Counted from the stretch's first letter, positions 29,183 to 38,743 are shown. The stretch is 64,000 nt of DNA from Desulfuromonadaceae bacterium (GCA_028687585.1 JAQTZV010000014.1:24718-88717); one strand, 5' to 3'. Made by a program: numbers and translations. Notes: generated by a model not told the origin, from the letters alone.

Positions 29183-29462
29183 TACGGGGCTTCTGCTTCA
29201 TACCGGAATATTTCTGGATGGCTGAAGGATTCGCCAGGTGTACGGCGTATTCTTCAGCCATCAGCCCGTCGACAAGCCAATACCAGTTGTAGGTCGATTC
29301 GACGACAATACCGTCAAGCCAATTGCGGTACGGTTCAAACGCCCGAGCTATTGCCGCCATGTCGTTCGGCGACTTCTCTTTAAAGACATGTTTTCCGGTT
29401 TCATCAATGATTGCCAAATAGCTGTTACTTGAATGCAGATCGATTCCAGAGTAAAGTTTCAT
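29163..29462 (-). pseudogene. IS110-family transposase, N-terminal (DEDD/RuvC-like) fragment only
   Basis: MKLYSGIDLHSSNSY...VVESTYNWYWLVDGL...HLANPSAIQKYSGMK matches the IS110 N-terminus. The reading frame ends after about 92 conserved residues, where it enters the palindrome arm. No C-terminal domain follows. Confidence 0.8.
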
Positions 29463-29463
29463 G

Positions 29464-29549
29464 CGGCACCTCCTGAGTGAGCTCTAAAGATTGGTCTCTT
29501 TAAAAGCATATCGGGAAGTTTTTGCTCCTCGTTACTTCGGGAGGTGCCG
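29464..29549 (-). ncRNA. Structured IS110 5' leader (possible bridge-RNA remnant)
   Basis: 10-bp long-range pairing of CGGCACCTCC (29464-29473) with GGAGGTGCCG (29540-29549). On the minus strand this sequesters the AGGAGG SD of the transposase. The location matches where the IS110 subgroup encodes its ncRNA. Confidence 0.35.
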
Positions 29550-29564
29550 TTTATATGATTATCA

Positions 29565-29617
29565 GGTTCTAACTTCTGACAAAAGAGTAATAATCATGAC
29601 CCTTATTAGAATCTTTC
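29565..29617. repeat. Repeat family 2, copy A
   Basis: GGTTCTAACTTCTGACAAAAGAGTAATAATCA/TGACCCTTATTAGAATCTTTC aligns to 32202-32278, which carries an extra 23-nt insert. Confidence 0.65.
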
Positions 29618-29726
29618 AACTAGCGCCAAGATCGGCCCTAAAACCCGGCCGGTCAGGCTCTTGGCGTTGTGAAGACATAGCTGAATATGGACGCAAATCA
29701 AATATTTCTATCAGAAGGGGGAATGT

Positions 29727-30020
29727 ATGAAATTCAAACTGATCGCCATGCTTATGCTGCTTGTCTGTCTGGGAACGTCGTCTCTTGCTTGTGCAGAAGG
29801 TTTTACCGTCAAACCGGGGGACACCATTCAGAAGCTGTTGGAGGACCAGAAGGGGAAACGCGTCACGCTGCGCCTTCAAGGGAATGAGGAGCTTGCCGGC
29901 AAAGTCCGAAAAGTAACCAATGAACTGGTGCAACTTGGGGAGCTGAGTGGTCGGGAGTTTTTTGACGCCGTTGTGGAGGTGAGCAGGATCTCGGCGGTTA
30001 TTGTCAGGGTCAAGGAATAG
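29727..30020 (+). CDS. Small secreted protein of unknown function
   Basis: 97 aa, signal peptide MKFKLIAMLMLLVCLGTSSLACA, AGGGGGA SD 5 nt before the ATG. Confidence 0.6.
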   Translation: MKFKLIAMLMLLVCLGTSSLACAEGFTVKPGDTIQKLLEDQKGKRVTLRLQGNEELAGKVRKVTNELVQLGELSGREFFDAVVEVSRISAVIVRVKE

Positions 30021-30094
30021 CGGGACCTGATGGGGAAATGGAGTCTAAAAAAAGACAGATGGGTCACCCATTAGAAGAAAAGAAAAAGACAGAA

Positions 30095-30189
30095 GTTTCT
30101 GAAAAACAGCTCTGGCCATGAAAGGAGCACAAGTGGCAGTATGTGCTTGTCCAGCCCTCTGTAAGCTGCCACCATTGCGAGTTGTGTTC
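30095..30189. repeat. Repeat family 1, copy B
   Basis: See copy A. The hairpin keeps pairing through a G-T wobble (GAGCACA...TGTGCTT), which is compatible with an RNA read from the plus strand. Confidence 0.7.
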
Positions 30190-30420
30190 GTACGCAGTAA
30201 CAGTTGAAAACGCTAACGGGTAAAGTCCCGTCCGGGAATTGTCCGATTCGCCCCGGTAGTTCAAGGGAGCGGCGTTCAAGTCCCCTGTAGCTCTTGTTTT
30301 TCGGAAAGTCCCCCGTCCCCTTGGGGGAGGGGGAGGCATGTTTGCTAAAGAGTTACGTGGTGCTGGTATGAGAGATAGATTTTTATTTTCTCATCCCTCA
30401 TCGGTTTATTCAATCGGTAT

Positions 30421-32037
30421 TTATAAGATCTTGAACTGGCTGACAATCCTGCGCAGGTCGTCGGCGAGGTCGGTCAGCCTGCTGGCGGCCGCTGAGGATT
30501 CCTGTGCCCCTCTGGACGTTCTGGCAACGACTTCGGTAATCTGCTGCATGTTGTTGCTTATTTCAGAAGTGGTCGCGGTCTGCTCTTCCGCAGCGGTGGC
30601 GACCTGGTGAATCTGTGAGTTCACGTCGTTAATCTGCTCGAGAATCTGCTCAAGCGCTCTTCCAGAGTCGGCGGCCTTTTCACTCCCCTTGGTAACTTCA
30701 GCGACCCCTTGTTCCATGGCAATTACTGCGTCTTTTGTCTCTGTCTGAATCGCCTTGATCATGGTGCCAATTTCACGCGTGGCACGGGTGGTACGCTCGG
30801 CCAACGCCCGAACTTCATCGGCAACAACGGCAAAACCTCTTCCCTGCTCCCCTGCCCGGGCTGCTTCAATTGCCGCATTCAGTGCCAGCAGGTTAGTCTG
30901 GTCAGCAATGTCTTCGATGGTGCCGACAATATCGCCGATCTGGTCGGAGCGGCTGCCGAGGCTTTCAACCGCTTTTGCCGAACTTTTGACCCGCTCGGCA
31001 ATGCTCTCCATGACTGCAATTGTTTCGTCAACAACTTTGGCACCGGAAACCGCAGCAGCATTTGCCTGCTGGGAGCCTTCCGAGGCCATCTGACAGTTTT
31101 GGGCGATATCGCCCGATGTGGCGGACATCTCTTCGCCGGCGGTCGCTACGGTTTCTGCCTGTGCCGCAACCTCTTCAGCGCCGTTTGCCATCTGGGTGGC
31201 GTTGGTCTGGAGTTCTACGGCTGAAGCCGATACCTGCTCGCTGGTCTGGGAAATCTCAGTGATGATTCTCCTGATTTTATCAACCAGTGAATTAATTTCA
31301 TTGGCCAGTGTCCCGAATTCGTCATTGGAAGTGACGATGATTTTCTTGGTGAGGTCTCCTTCGCCCCTGGCAAGGTCGGTAACTTTTTCTACGAAGTCAT
31401 TCAATCTCCTGGTGACGGCCAGTTTCAGAACAACCATCAGACAGATGAAACTGGCGGCAAGCGCCACGGCGCCAGCAATAAGCAGCCAAAATGTGGCTTT
31501 CTTGCTGGCATCATACCCCTGTTCGATGCTGGTGTTGAGCTTTAATACGCCCAGTACCTTGGCCTCCTTGTCATGGCATCCCTGACAGCGCTCTTCGTTG
31601 GGAAGCGGCAGCAGCGTTTCAAGAACGTGGGTGCCGTTCAACATAGTATCAGTACTCGTGGTCTTGTTGGTTTTCAGCACCTCATCAACAAGCGCGTCGC
31701 CCTTGGCGCCGCTGACACGCTCGGTACCCTTTTCGCCATAGATGTTCAGGCCGATGGCATGTTTACGGTCAACCACTTCTTTGATGTAGGAATCGACCTT
31801 CTTCATATCATCCGACATCATGGCTGTCTTTATGTTGTCACCAATGATATTGACAAAGACAAGGCTGTTGGTTTTCTGTAGCCCGACTAAAGCCTGGCGT
31901 TCGAGATACAGAGCGGCACCGCCAACAATGATGAGACCGGTTATCAGTGCAATTGTAGCCGCAAGCAGAATCTTTGTGGCAATTCCAACTTTTCTGCCGG
32001 TCTGTACTGGCTGTGTTGAAAAGTCATGTCCGGACAT
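30421..32037 (-). CDS. Methyl-accepting chemotaxis protein with periplasmic c-type-heme (CxxCH) sensor domain
   Basis: TM, about 120-aa periplasmic domain containing CQGCH (31573-31587), TM, HAMP, and the signalling domain [34 protein letters not shown]. Confidence 0.9.
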   Translation of the reverse strand: MSGHDFSTQPVQTGRKVGIATKILLAATIALITGLIIVGGAALYLERQALVGLQKTNSLVFVNIIGDNIKTAMMSDDMKKVDSYIKEVVDRKHAIGLNIYGEKGTERVSGAKGDALVDEVLKTNKTTSTDTMLNGTHVLETLLPLPNEERCQGCHDKEAKVLGVLKLNTSIEQGYDASKKATFWLLIAGAVALAASFICLMVVLKLAVTRRLNDFVEKVTDLARGEGDLTKKIIVTSNDEFGTLANEINSLVDKIRRIITEISQTSEQVSASAVELQTNATQMANGAEEVAAQAETVATAGEEMSATSGDIAQNCQMASEGSQQANAAAVSGAKVVDETIAVMESIAERVKSSAKAVESLGSRSDQIGDIVGTIEDIADQTNLLALNAAIEAARAGEQGRGFAVVADEVRALAERTTRATREIGTMIKAIQTETKDAVIAMEQGVAEVTKGSEKAADSGRALEQILEQINDVNSQIHQVATAAEEQTATTSEISNNMQQITEVVARTSRGAQESSAAASRLTDLADDLRRIVSQFKIL

Positions 32038-32201
32038 ACAGTTTTCTCCTGTTCGTTGAAAAACATGGTGGAACGATTATTCGTCGTGGACCGCCATTTT
32101 GATAAACGGGCGAATTATACACCAATTTGCGGGAAAATCAAAAGGATAAGAACTTGTTTTTGGGTGGATGGAAAATATACCCGACTCAGGAACACTTAAA
32201 A

Positions 32202-32278
32202 GGGTCTCAACTGTTGACAAAAGAGAAATAATCAGCCAGTTATCAATAGTTGAGACCTGACACTTATTAGAAGTTTCC
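32202..32278. repeat. Repeat family 2, copy B (with internal 10-bp-stem hairpin)
   Basis: GGTCTCAACT (32203-32212) pairs with AGTTGAGACC (32248-32257). Flanks match copy A. Confidence 0.65.
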
Positions 32279-32345
32279 TTACATGAGTCTTGGAATTTAC
32301 ACTGGCATTTGGACTGTTATAGTTAAAAAGTCTTAGTGATAATCC

Positions 32346-33131
32346 ATGAGAATCTTTCTTTCAATACTATTGATATGTGTCACCGCAATAAGTGGGTTTG
32401 GTGCGGTATGCGAAAAAGAGGACTTTGAGGGCAAGGTGTCCGGAAACTCAGTGTGCCTTCTGATGCGACGTTACGGCTCAACCAACCCTGCTACAATGGT
32501 TATTTGGCTGCATGGCAACATATCTTCGGGCGGCCCTGCCAATTACCATTTCCCCATCGCGCAAAAGTTTGCGATCGATCATGCCTCAGAGAATGTCATG
32601 TCCGTAGCGCTCGTTCGCCCCGGATACCCCGACGGAAGCGGTGCGTACTCCAGCGGCAGTGACAATGGCCGTGCAGACAATTGGCCTCGGCAAACCATCG
32701 CAGAGGTCGGCACGGCGATCGAAAAGCTTCGTCTGAATTACAAGCCAAAATCCGTGATCATTGTCGGTCATTCCGGAGGCGCGGCAACAGCGGCTGTTCT
32801 TTTGGGCATGAGGCCGAAACTGGCCGAGGCTGCGGTCTTGGTCTCATGCCCCTGTGATTTGGTGGCATGGCGGATAGGCAGAAGAGGATCGCCATGGAAC
32901 AGTGAAAATCCGATTCTATGGACCGGAGACGTACCTGCTTCGTCCAGGGTGATCGCCTTAACCGGCTCGAAAGACACGACAACCTCTCCGTCGTTGGCGG
33001 CAAGCTACATCGATACATTGAAAGCTCGCAACATTAATGCCGCTTTCCATGTCATTCCGGATACGGAACACAGAAACGCGCTGGAAACGTCAGCGGTCTC
33101 GGAAGCCATTGTCAGACTCATGCACCAGTAA
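32346..33131 (+). CDS. Secreted alpha/beta hydrolase (esterase/dienelactone-hydrolase-like)
   Basis: Signal peptide, GHSGGA nucleophile elbow, late His (PDTEH). Confidence 0.7.
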   Translation: MRIFLSILLICVTAISGFGAVCEKEDFEGKVSGNSVCLLMRRYGSTNPATMVIWLHGNISSGGPANYHFPIAQKFAIDHASENVMSVALVRPGYPDGSGAYSSGSDNGRADNWPRQTIAEVGTAIEKLRLNYKPKSVIIVGHSGGAATAAVLLGMRPKLAEAAVLVSCPCDLVAWRIGRRGSPWNSENPILWTGDVPASSRVIALTGSKDTTTSPSLAASYIDTLKARNINAAFHVIPDTEHRNALETSAVSEAIVRLMHQ

Positions 33132-33254
33132 ATTTTCGGGAGAACTAGAGGATCAGGCTTACGCAGTTGACTTTTTGCGACATAGCGCTAATGGCGTAGG
33201 CCTGTCCCACCGTCCCCTCTACTTGTAAATTATTAACTATCAAGGAGCAGGCAA

Positions 33255-33659
33255 ATGATCAGTATTGAATTCCTCATTACCTCTCTCGTCGTCGTACTTA
33301 TTCCTGGTGCCGGAGTAATTTTCACCGTTTCCACTGGTATCACGCAGGGTCGCACGGCCAGCGTTTACGCAGCACTTGGCTGTACAGCCGGAATTATTCC
33401 CCAACTTTTAGCAACCACTCTCGGCCTTGCTGCAATCATGCATACCAGCGCGCTGGCGTTCCAGACCCTCAAGTACGCTGGTGTGGCTTATCTACTCTAC
33501 ATTGCCTACGCAACATGGAAAGACACTGCTGCTTTTGCTCTGGAAAACAGACCGTCATGTAGCACAGGCATGTCATTAGTGGTAAAGGCTTTGCTGCGCC
33601 GGAGTTTTGCCGCTGCTTTTACCGGGTTGGGTGTGCATCTGGCATTTTCGGAAAAATAA
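33255..33659 (+). CDS. LysE/RhtB-family translocator, apparently C-terminally truncated
   Basis: N-terminal LIPGAGVIF...KYAGVAYLLYIAY fits LysE. The ORF is 134 aa, whereas I recall about 200 aa for the family, and the tail lacks the usual second half. Confidence 0.5.
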   Translation: MISIEFLITSLVVVLIPGAGVIFTVSTGITQGRTASVYAALGCTAGIIPQLLATTLGLAAIMHTSALAFQTLKYAGVAYLLYIAYATWKDTAAFALENRPSCSTGMSLVVKALLRRSFAAAFTGLGVHLAFSEK

Positions 33660-33797
33660 AGTCAGAGAAACAGAGCGTACCATAAAAGGGGGCAGGCCCC
33701 GGTCTCTTGACGTTAGCAGAGTAAATGAGGGCTGTGTGTCAGGAGTTGCGGCCTTTCCTGGTATGCTCTTTATCTGTGGTTATGGTATACAGGCAAC

Positions 33798-34457
33798 ATG
33801 TCAAGATCAATGTTATACATAGTCTGTATGTTAATGCCGCTGTCACTCGTGCTGAATAGTTGTTCTGCATCCTATGTACCGGTAAGTTGGGATTATTTCA
33901 ACGAAGTACATGAACTGTCCCGGTCAGATATGCTGCTGGCGATACTATATGACCGCTACGACCCGGATCGGAAAACCCTTCGAGGAACCAGCACTTCGTT
34001 TCAGGAGGTGCTGATGCCAGCCGAAGTCAAGAACCATCTCGGCGCCTACCGTAAAGACACGAAGCTTATCTATCGCAACCTCTACAACAAGTATACGACT
34101 GCCGACCTGCGCACCCTGCTCGCTCACGAATTCGCCCACCACATCTGGTTCTCGTCTATGACACCTGCCCAGCGTGTGCAATGGGAAGAGCACCTGGTGC
34201 GAAATCCGAGTCCTGTACAGGTCATGGTACGCCGCGTTTACGGCCGGATAACTGATTACGCTGCTGAAGATTTCGCGTTTACGGTTGAGTCCGGCCGTCC
34301 GGTCGATATCAAGGAGCTCGCCGTTATTGGCTTGATCACGATCACGGAGCGCGACACGTTGCTTGCAACACAAAACCAGCGCCAGTCGTCGTCCACGCAT
34401 CCGGCTGTGTTCATACCCACGCCGACCGACTCCTGTCAGACCCGAGTAGCCGATTAA
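33798..34457 (+). CDS. Putative lipoprotein with HExxH zinc-peptidase motif
   Basis: Lipobox-like LVLNSC near the N-terminus. LLAHEFAHHIWF contains HEFAH. Confidence 0.45.
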   Translation: MSRSMLYIVCMLMPLSLVLNSCSASYVPVSWDYFNEVHELSRSDMLLAILYDRYDPDRKTLRGTSTSFQEVLMPAEVKNHLGAYRKDTKLIYRNLYNKYTTADLRTLLAHEFAHHIWFSSMTPAQRVQWEEHLVRNPSPVQVMVRRVYGRITDYAAEDFAFTVESGRPVDIKELAVIGLITITERDTLLATQNQRQSSSTHPAVFIPTPTDSCQTRVAD

Positions 34458-34487
34458 TTGTGATTGACGCTCCTCTATGCAGTTGTA

Positions 34488-35705
34488 TTATAACTCATCG
34501 GAAACATTGGATGCCTTGAAGTTTCTGTACAGGATGAGGTCATATACTATTTTCAGACCTCCGGCGATTATGAACGGCCCGCCAAGAAACACCGACATCA
34601 GTGCACCTGCAGCGACCGGTGAAATTGAAGCGCCGATCGAACGAGCGATGCCGGTTATGCCTGCTGCGGCAGAGCGCTCATCAGGATCAACAACGGCCAT
34701 GGTATAGGCCTGACGTGTCGGAACATCCATCTGGGAAATACTGAAACGTAACAGGAGCATCGTTATTGCCAGCGGGAAATTAGGCATCAGCGGTACTAAT
34801 ATGAGAAGAATATTCGATGGTAGATGGGTAAATACCATTGTCCGGATAAGTCCAATTTTTTTTGCAAGCGGCACAGCCAGCAACGCCGAAACTCCGGCAA
34901 ACAGGTTTGCTCCGAAGAAGATGCTTCCCAGCATCGCTTCATTCGCTCCGTAACGAAGATGAAACCAGTACGCCATAAAACTCTGCAGAACAAAGCCACC
35001 CGCAAACGCATCCAGCGAAAACAGCATCGATAGCTTGACAACGACTCCACGAGACTTGTGCAGCCCCAGGCGGTTCCGTGAGGCAACAGAGTCACCAGAT
35101 TGATACGCCTCACAATCGTGCGATAGCCCGCAAAAAACAAAAGCCAGAGCTCCACCAATGAGTGCGTAGCCGAGCAGTATCAAACGATAGGAGTCGAGCG
35201 CGCTTGTTCCGCCATTTTGAAGCAGCTTGGCAAGAAATCCGCCAACCAGTGCCCCGAAGGCGGTAGCCAGTGAGCCGACCAGGCCATACCAGGCGAATAC
35301 TCCCGTGCGCTGTTCTTTTGATACGAGCTGGGAAAGCATTGCCTGTTCAATCGGAAGAAATGGACCTATTTCATTGCCGCTCGGGCTGATCACTCCGACA
35401 ATTGCAGCAATTATCAGTAATAATGGATTGTTCGTCAGAATAAATACGACGCCGGCAACCATCATGAGCAGTGCGCCAATGATGAGCGTTTTCTTGCGGC
35501 CGAAACGGTCTGCTGTAGTGGTAAGCAATAACGAAATGCCCGCATCACCCACGAGCGTTAAGGAGAACAACAACCCCATCAGAAAATCATCAAAACCGGA
35601 CTCTACCAAATAAAGTGCCAGCACAACCGACAAGAAACCATAGCCAAACAACCTGAGGGTTCGAGTAGTGAACAGCAGGACAATGTTGCGGTTCTTGGTG
35701 AACAC
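34488..35705 (-). CDS. MFS transporter
   Basis: 405 aa, about 12 hydrophobic segments, DRFGRKK loop motif between TM2 and TM3. Confidence 0.85.
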   Translation of the reverse strand: MFTKNRNIVLLFTTRTLRLFGYGFLSVVLALYLVESGFDDFLMGLLFSLTLVGDAGISLLLTTTADRFGRKKTLIIGALLMMVAGVVFILTNNPLLLIIAAIVGVISPSGNEIGPFLPIEQAMLSQLVSKEQRTGVFAWYGLVGSLATAFGALVGGFLAKLLQNGGTSALDSYRLILLGYALIGGALAFVFCGLSHDCEAYQSGDSVASRNRLGLHKSRGVVVKLSMLFSLDAFAGGFVLQSFMAYWFHLRYGANEAMLGSIFFGANLFAGVSALLAVPLAKKIGLIRTMVFTHLPSNILLILVPLMPNFPLAITMLLLRFSISQMDVPTRQAYTMAVVDPDERSAAAGITGIARSIGASISPVAAGALMSVFLGGPFIIAGGLKIVYDLILYRNFKASNVSDEL

Positions 35706-35767
35706 AGGTTGTCCCCCCCTGATAACATCAACAACTCAATCCCGATTCGAAACACGTTTATGAATAG

Positions 35768-37918
35768 TTACAGCCTGCCAATAAATGCCGATATTTCCGC
35801 ATGCACATTCTGGGACCCTTCTCCCGCCAAAATCCCATGTCGGCTGAAATCGAGGGGCAGATATCTCTTGTCTGCCGCTCCGATCAGATCGAACATACGT
35901 GCGGTCACTTCAGAATTGACCACCGGATCTTTGAGCCCCTGAACAACCAGGGTCGGGACGGTAACGTCCGTCAGGCGCGGCTCAAGACCTTTCATGAAAT
36001 GCAGTAACTCCAGTAACACCGCTACCGGCATCCGTGCATAGTTGATCTGTGGCCGTTCCGAAGTTGTTTCAATAAACTCTTTTGCAGCTCCGGTGCAGTG
36101 AACCGTGTCCATGATTTTGTTCCATGTGGTAACTGCTGCCGCGAAGCGAGAGGATACGTTCTGCAGTTGAAAAGGGGGGGAAACTGCAAATACCCCGGCT
36201 AACCGGGGAATACGCACGGCGCAGTCAAGTGCCAGGCCGCCGCCAAAGGAAAAACCGCCAACCACTACCCGTGTGCAGATGGCACTCATCACAGCATAGC
36301 CGATATCCACCGATTCGATCCAGTCGCTGCCGACCCGGGTGGCAAGATCTTCAGGCGATGTTCCGTGTCCGCGGAGGCGAACAGAGTATACCCAATATCC
36401 TTTGCCGTGCAGATGTGTCGCAAGCTCAAACACCTCGCGAGGTGCTGCGAGTAATCCGTGTACAAGCACGATGCCCAGCTTTCGTGAACTCCCTTTCAGG
36501 AGAAGCGGTGCACCGACCCTGCGCTCTTTGGACTCTTCGGAGTGATGAAAACGGAGATAATCGGCTTCAAATTGATCAGCTGCCTGCCGCAGCAACACCT
36601 CAATAATCTGGTGCCGGATCACTATTTCCGGCAGCCACGCCAGCCAGCGCACCTGACGTTTCAGGCCTTCCAGCGGTTGTACCTCATTAGCTGCAACCCC
36701 GAGCGGATTATCAATTCGTATTCGATGAAATTTGCTGTCGGCAGAGAAGTTCGCACTCTGTCTCAGCAAAAAACCCTTTTCATGGCGGACAACGCCGGTC
36801 TCCCGGGCAAGATCCAGGAAATCACGGTATTTGTGGTACCGGTCATCGGTCAACAGTGCTACCTGAGCAATTTCAAGACTGTGATGGCAAAAGACCAGCG
36901 TTTTATCCGGTACCAGATCGGTCAGAAGGAAAACGCGCCGTCTGAAGTCTTCCTCGGATATTTTGCAAAAGGGGAGCGCCTTGAGCAGTGATGCGAAAAG
37001 ATGGTCGTGGTTGACGGTGGTCATACGGTAAATGTCCGCCATGAAGCGGTGCATCAGAGCCGTTGCTTCCCGGCGCATTGCCGGGAGAGATGCCAGCTGA
37101 TCGTCAAAATTAATCTGTTGCTGTGAAAAAATGTCCCGCCTGATTTGTGAAGAGGTCAGCGACTCGGCAGCCGGGATTGCCTGACCAAAACGGAGGTCGA
37201 TATCCACGCCGTCGAAAAACATGGTGCCTTCCGTCAGCAGCTCCTCTCGCAGGCGTTCGGATATATTTCCCGAGAATCGGCTGGCCAGCGTACTGAACAC
37301 GTTCTCCCGTGCCCGGAGCGGGTAGTAGGTGAGGTTGATCGGGACAATCCAGGTTTTTCCGGTTAGAACCGGTGCCAGATCATCTATCCGGAACATGATC
37401 CGGAGACGCTCGGCCTCTGCGGGGTTTTCTGCAAGCAGATGACGTAACCGCTTGCGGTAGAATTCGGTCCGAAGCGCTAATGTTGCCGCACCGGTATGAG
37501 CGGAGCGTCGACCGCCACGGCGCAGGTTAAAGAATGAGGGCTTGCTGACGGCTTCCTTGTCTTTGACCATGCGCCCTTCCGGAAAGATGATCCAGTTGGC
37601 TTCGCCCGTCAGAAGGCTTTTAACGATCAGCCTGTCCCGCTCCGGATTTCTGGTCGAAACAGCGCCGACCTTTCCCAGAATACTGCTCAGCGGGCCTTCA
37701 AAAAATGTGTGATCAGCCAATGACCACACCGGTACGTGCGTATGCGTATAAATGTGGTACGGCAGCAGGAGTGTTTCTATACGGGTAAAGTGATTAATGA
37801 CAAAAATGATCGAGCCTTCCGGTAGAGTTTCCTGGCCGTGAACCATGACTTTGATTTTGGAGAAACTCTGCATGAGAGCAATCATTTTTCCGGTAGCAAG
37901 ATAGGCGGAATAATTCAT
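35768..37918 (-). CDS. Fusion protein: N-terminal PlsC-type acyltransferase plus C-terminal alpha/beta hydrolase
   Basis: N-terminus has VINHFTRIE (HX4E in place of HX4D) and IIFPEGRMV. C-terminus has LVHGLLAAP and GGFSFGG nucleophile elbow. Confidence 0.7.
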   Translation of the reverse strand: MNYSAYLATGKMIALMQSFSKIKVMVHGQETLPEGSIIFVINHFTRIETLLLPYHIYTHTHVPVWSLADHTFFEGPLSSILGKVGAVSTRNPERDRLIVKSLLTGEANWIIFPEGRMVKDKEAVSKPSFFNLRRGGRRSAHTGAATLALRTEFYRKRLRHLLAENPAEAERLRIMFRIDDLAPVLTGKTWIVPINLTYYPLRARENVFSTLASRFSGNISERLREELLTEGTMFFDGVDIDLRFGQAIPAAESLTSSQIRRDIFSQQQINFDDQLASLPAMRREATALMHRFMADIYRMTTVNHDHLFASLLKALPFCKISEEDFRRRVFLLTDLVPDKTLVFCHHSLEIAQVALLTDDRYHKYRDFLDLARETGVVRHEKGFLLRQSANFSADSKFHRIRIDNPLGVAANEVQPLEGLKRQVRWLAWLPEIVIRHQIIEVLLRQAADQFEADYLRFHHSEESKERRVGAPLLLKGSSRKLGIVLVHGLLAAPREVFELATHLHGKGYWVYSVRLRGHGTSPEDLATRVGSDWIESVDIGYAVMSAICTRVVVGGFSFGGGLALDCAVRIPRLAGVFAVSPPFQLQNVSSRFAAAVTTWNKIMDTVHCTGAAKEFIETTSERPQINYARMPVAVLLELLHFMKGLEPRLTDVTVPTLVVQGLKDPVVNSEVTARMFDLIGAADKRYLPLDFSRHGILAGEGSQNVHAEISAFIGRL

Positions 37919-37921
37919 GAT

Positions 37922-38551
37922 TCAGCCCCGGACGTCATGTTGCGTTGTTTTGTTTGTCATCGCCCGGTTTTTTCCGGTTATCCCGGCATAAAAGGACTGT
38001 ATTTCAACAAGGTCAGCATCATAGTTGCCGGTTGGAATAAATGTACCGCCAAAACCGGCAATTTTGCGTTTAAAATCTATAAAACCCAGCGAAATAGGCA
38101 CTTGAGCACCGTAAGCAATATGGTAGAAACCGTTTTTCCAGTAACGGACCAGCTTCCTTGTTCCTTCAGGGGGTACAACCAAAACAAGATCATCATGTGC
38201 CGAGAATAACTCAACTGCCTGTTCAACTAAATTATTCGCTTTGCTTCTGTTAACCGGAATGCCTCCCAGCCAGCGCAAAAATAATCCGAACGGCGGGGTG
38301 AACAGGGTATGTTTTGCAAGAAAATAGACCTTGATCCTGCAGGCAAAAACTAATGCTAACGACATGGGCATATCCCAGTTGCTGGTATGCGGGGCGGCAA
38401 TCACCACCGACCTGCGGGCTACAGGCGCCTCCATCACGAGTTTCCAACCGGTAATTTTCAAATAAACTCTGGAAGCGACGCGCAATAGTGTATTCAGAAT
38501 CGGGGTGTCAAAAATTGTAAAAGCGGCCAGACGGACGTCAGCCATACACAC
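37922..38551 (-). CDS. 1-acyl-sn-glycerol-3-phosphate acyltransferase family protein
   Basis: AAPHTSNWD (HX4D) and VPPEGTRK motifs. Confidence 0.8.
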   Translation of the reverse strand: MCMADVRLAAFTIFDTPILNTLLRVASRVYLKITGWKLVMEAPVARRSVVIAAPHTSNWDMPMSLALVFACRIKVYFLAKHTLFTPPFGLFLRWLGGIPVNRSKANNLVEQAVELFSAHDDLVLVVPPEGTRKLVRYWKNGFYHIAYGAQVPISLGFIDFKRKIAGFGGTFIPTGNYDADLVEIQSFYAGITGKNRAMTNKTTQHDVRG

Positions 38552-38743
38552 CCCTTTGTTTCATAAGTGTTTCATTGCCTTGTGATATGGAGTTTAGACC
38601 ATGTTACGGCTGAGTGCAATTTGCTTGTGGGTGTGCCCGCATTTTATGCATAAATGACCACATAACTGCGCGAAACGTAGTGAAAAATCTTGACAAAAAA
38701 CGGACCTGGACTTATAGGTTAATAATTGACACGGGGGTAAAGT

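Noticed and set aside
30255-30300. Two GTTCAAG motifs resembling tRNA T-loops
   Set aside because: The flanking 5-mers are not complementary and no cloverleaf or acceptor stem can be drawn.
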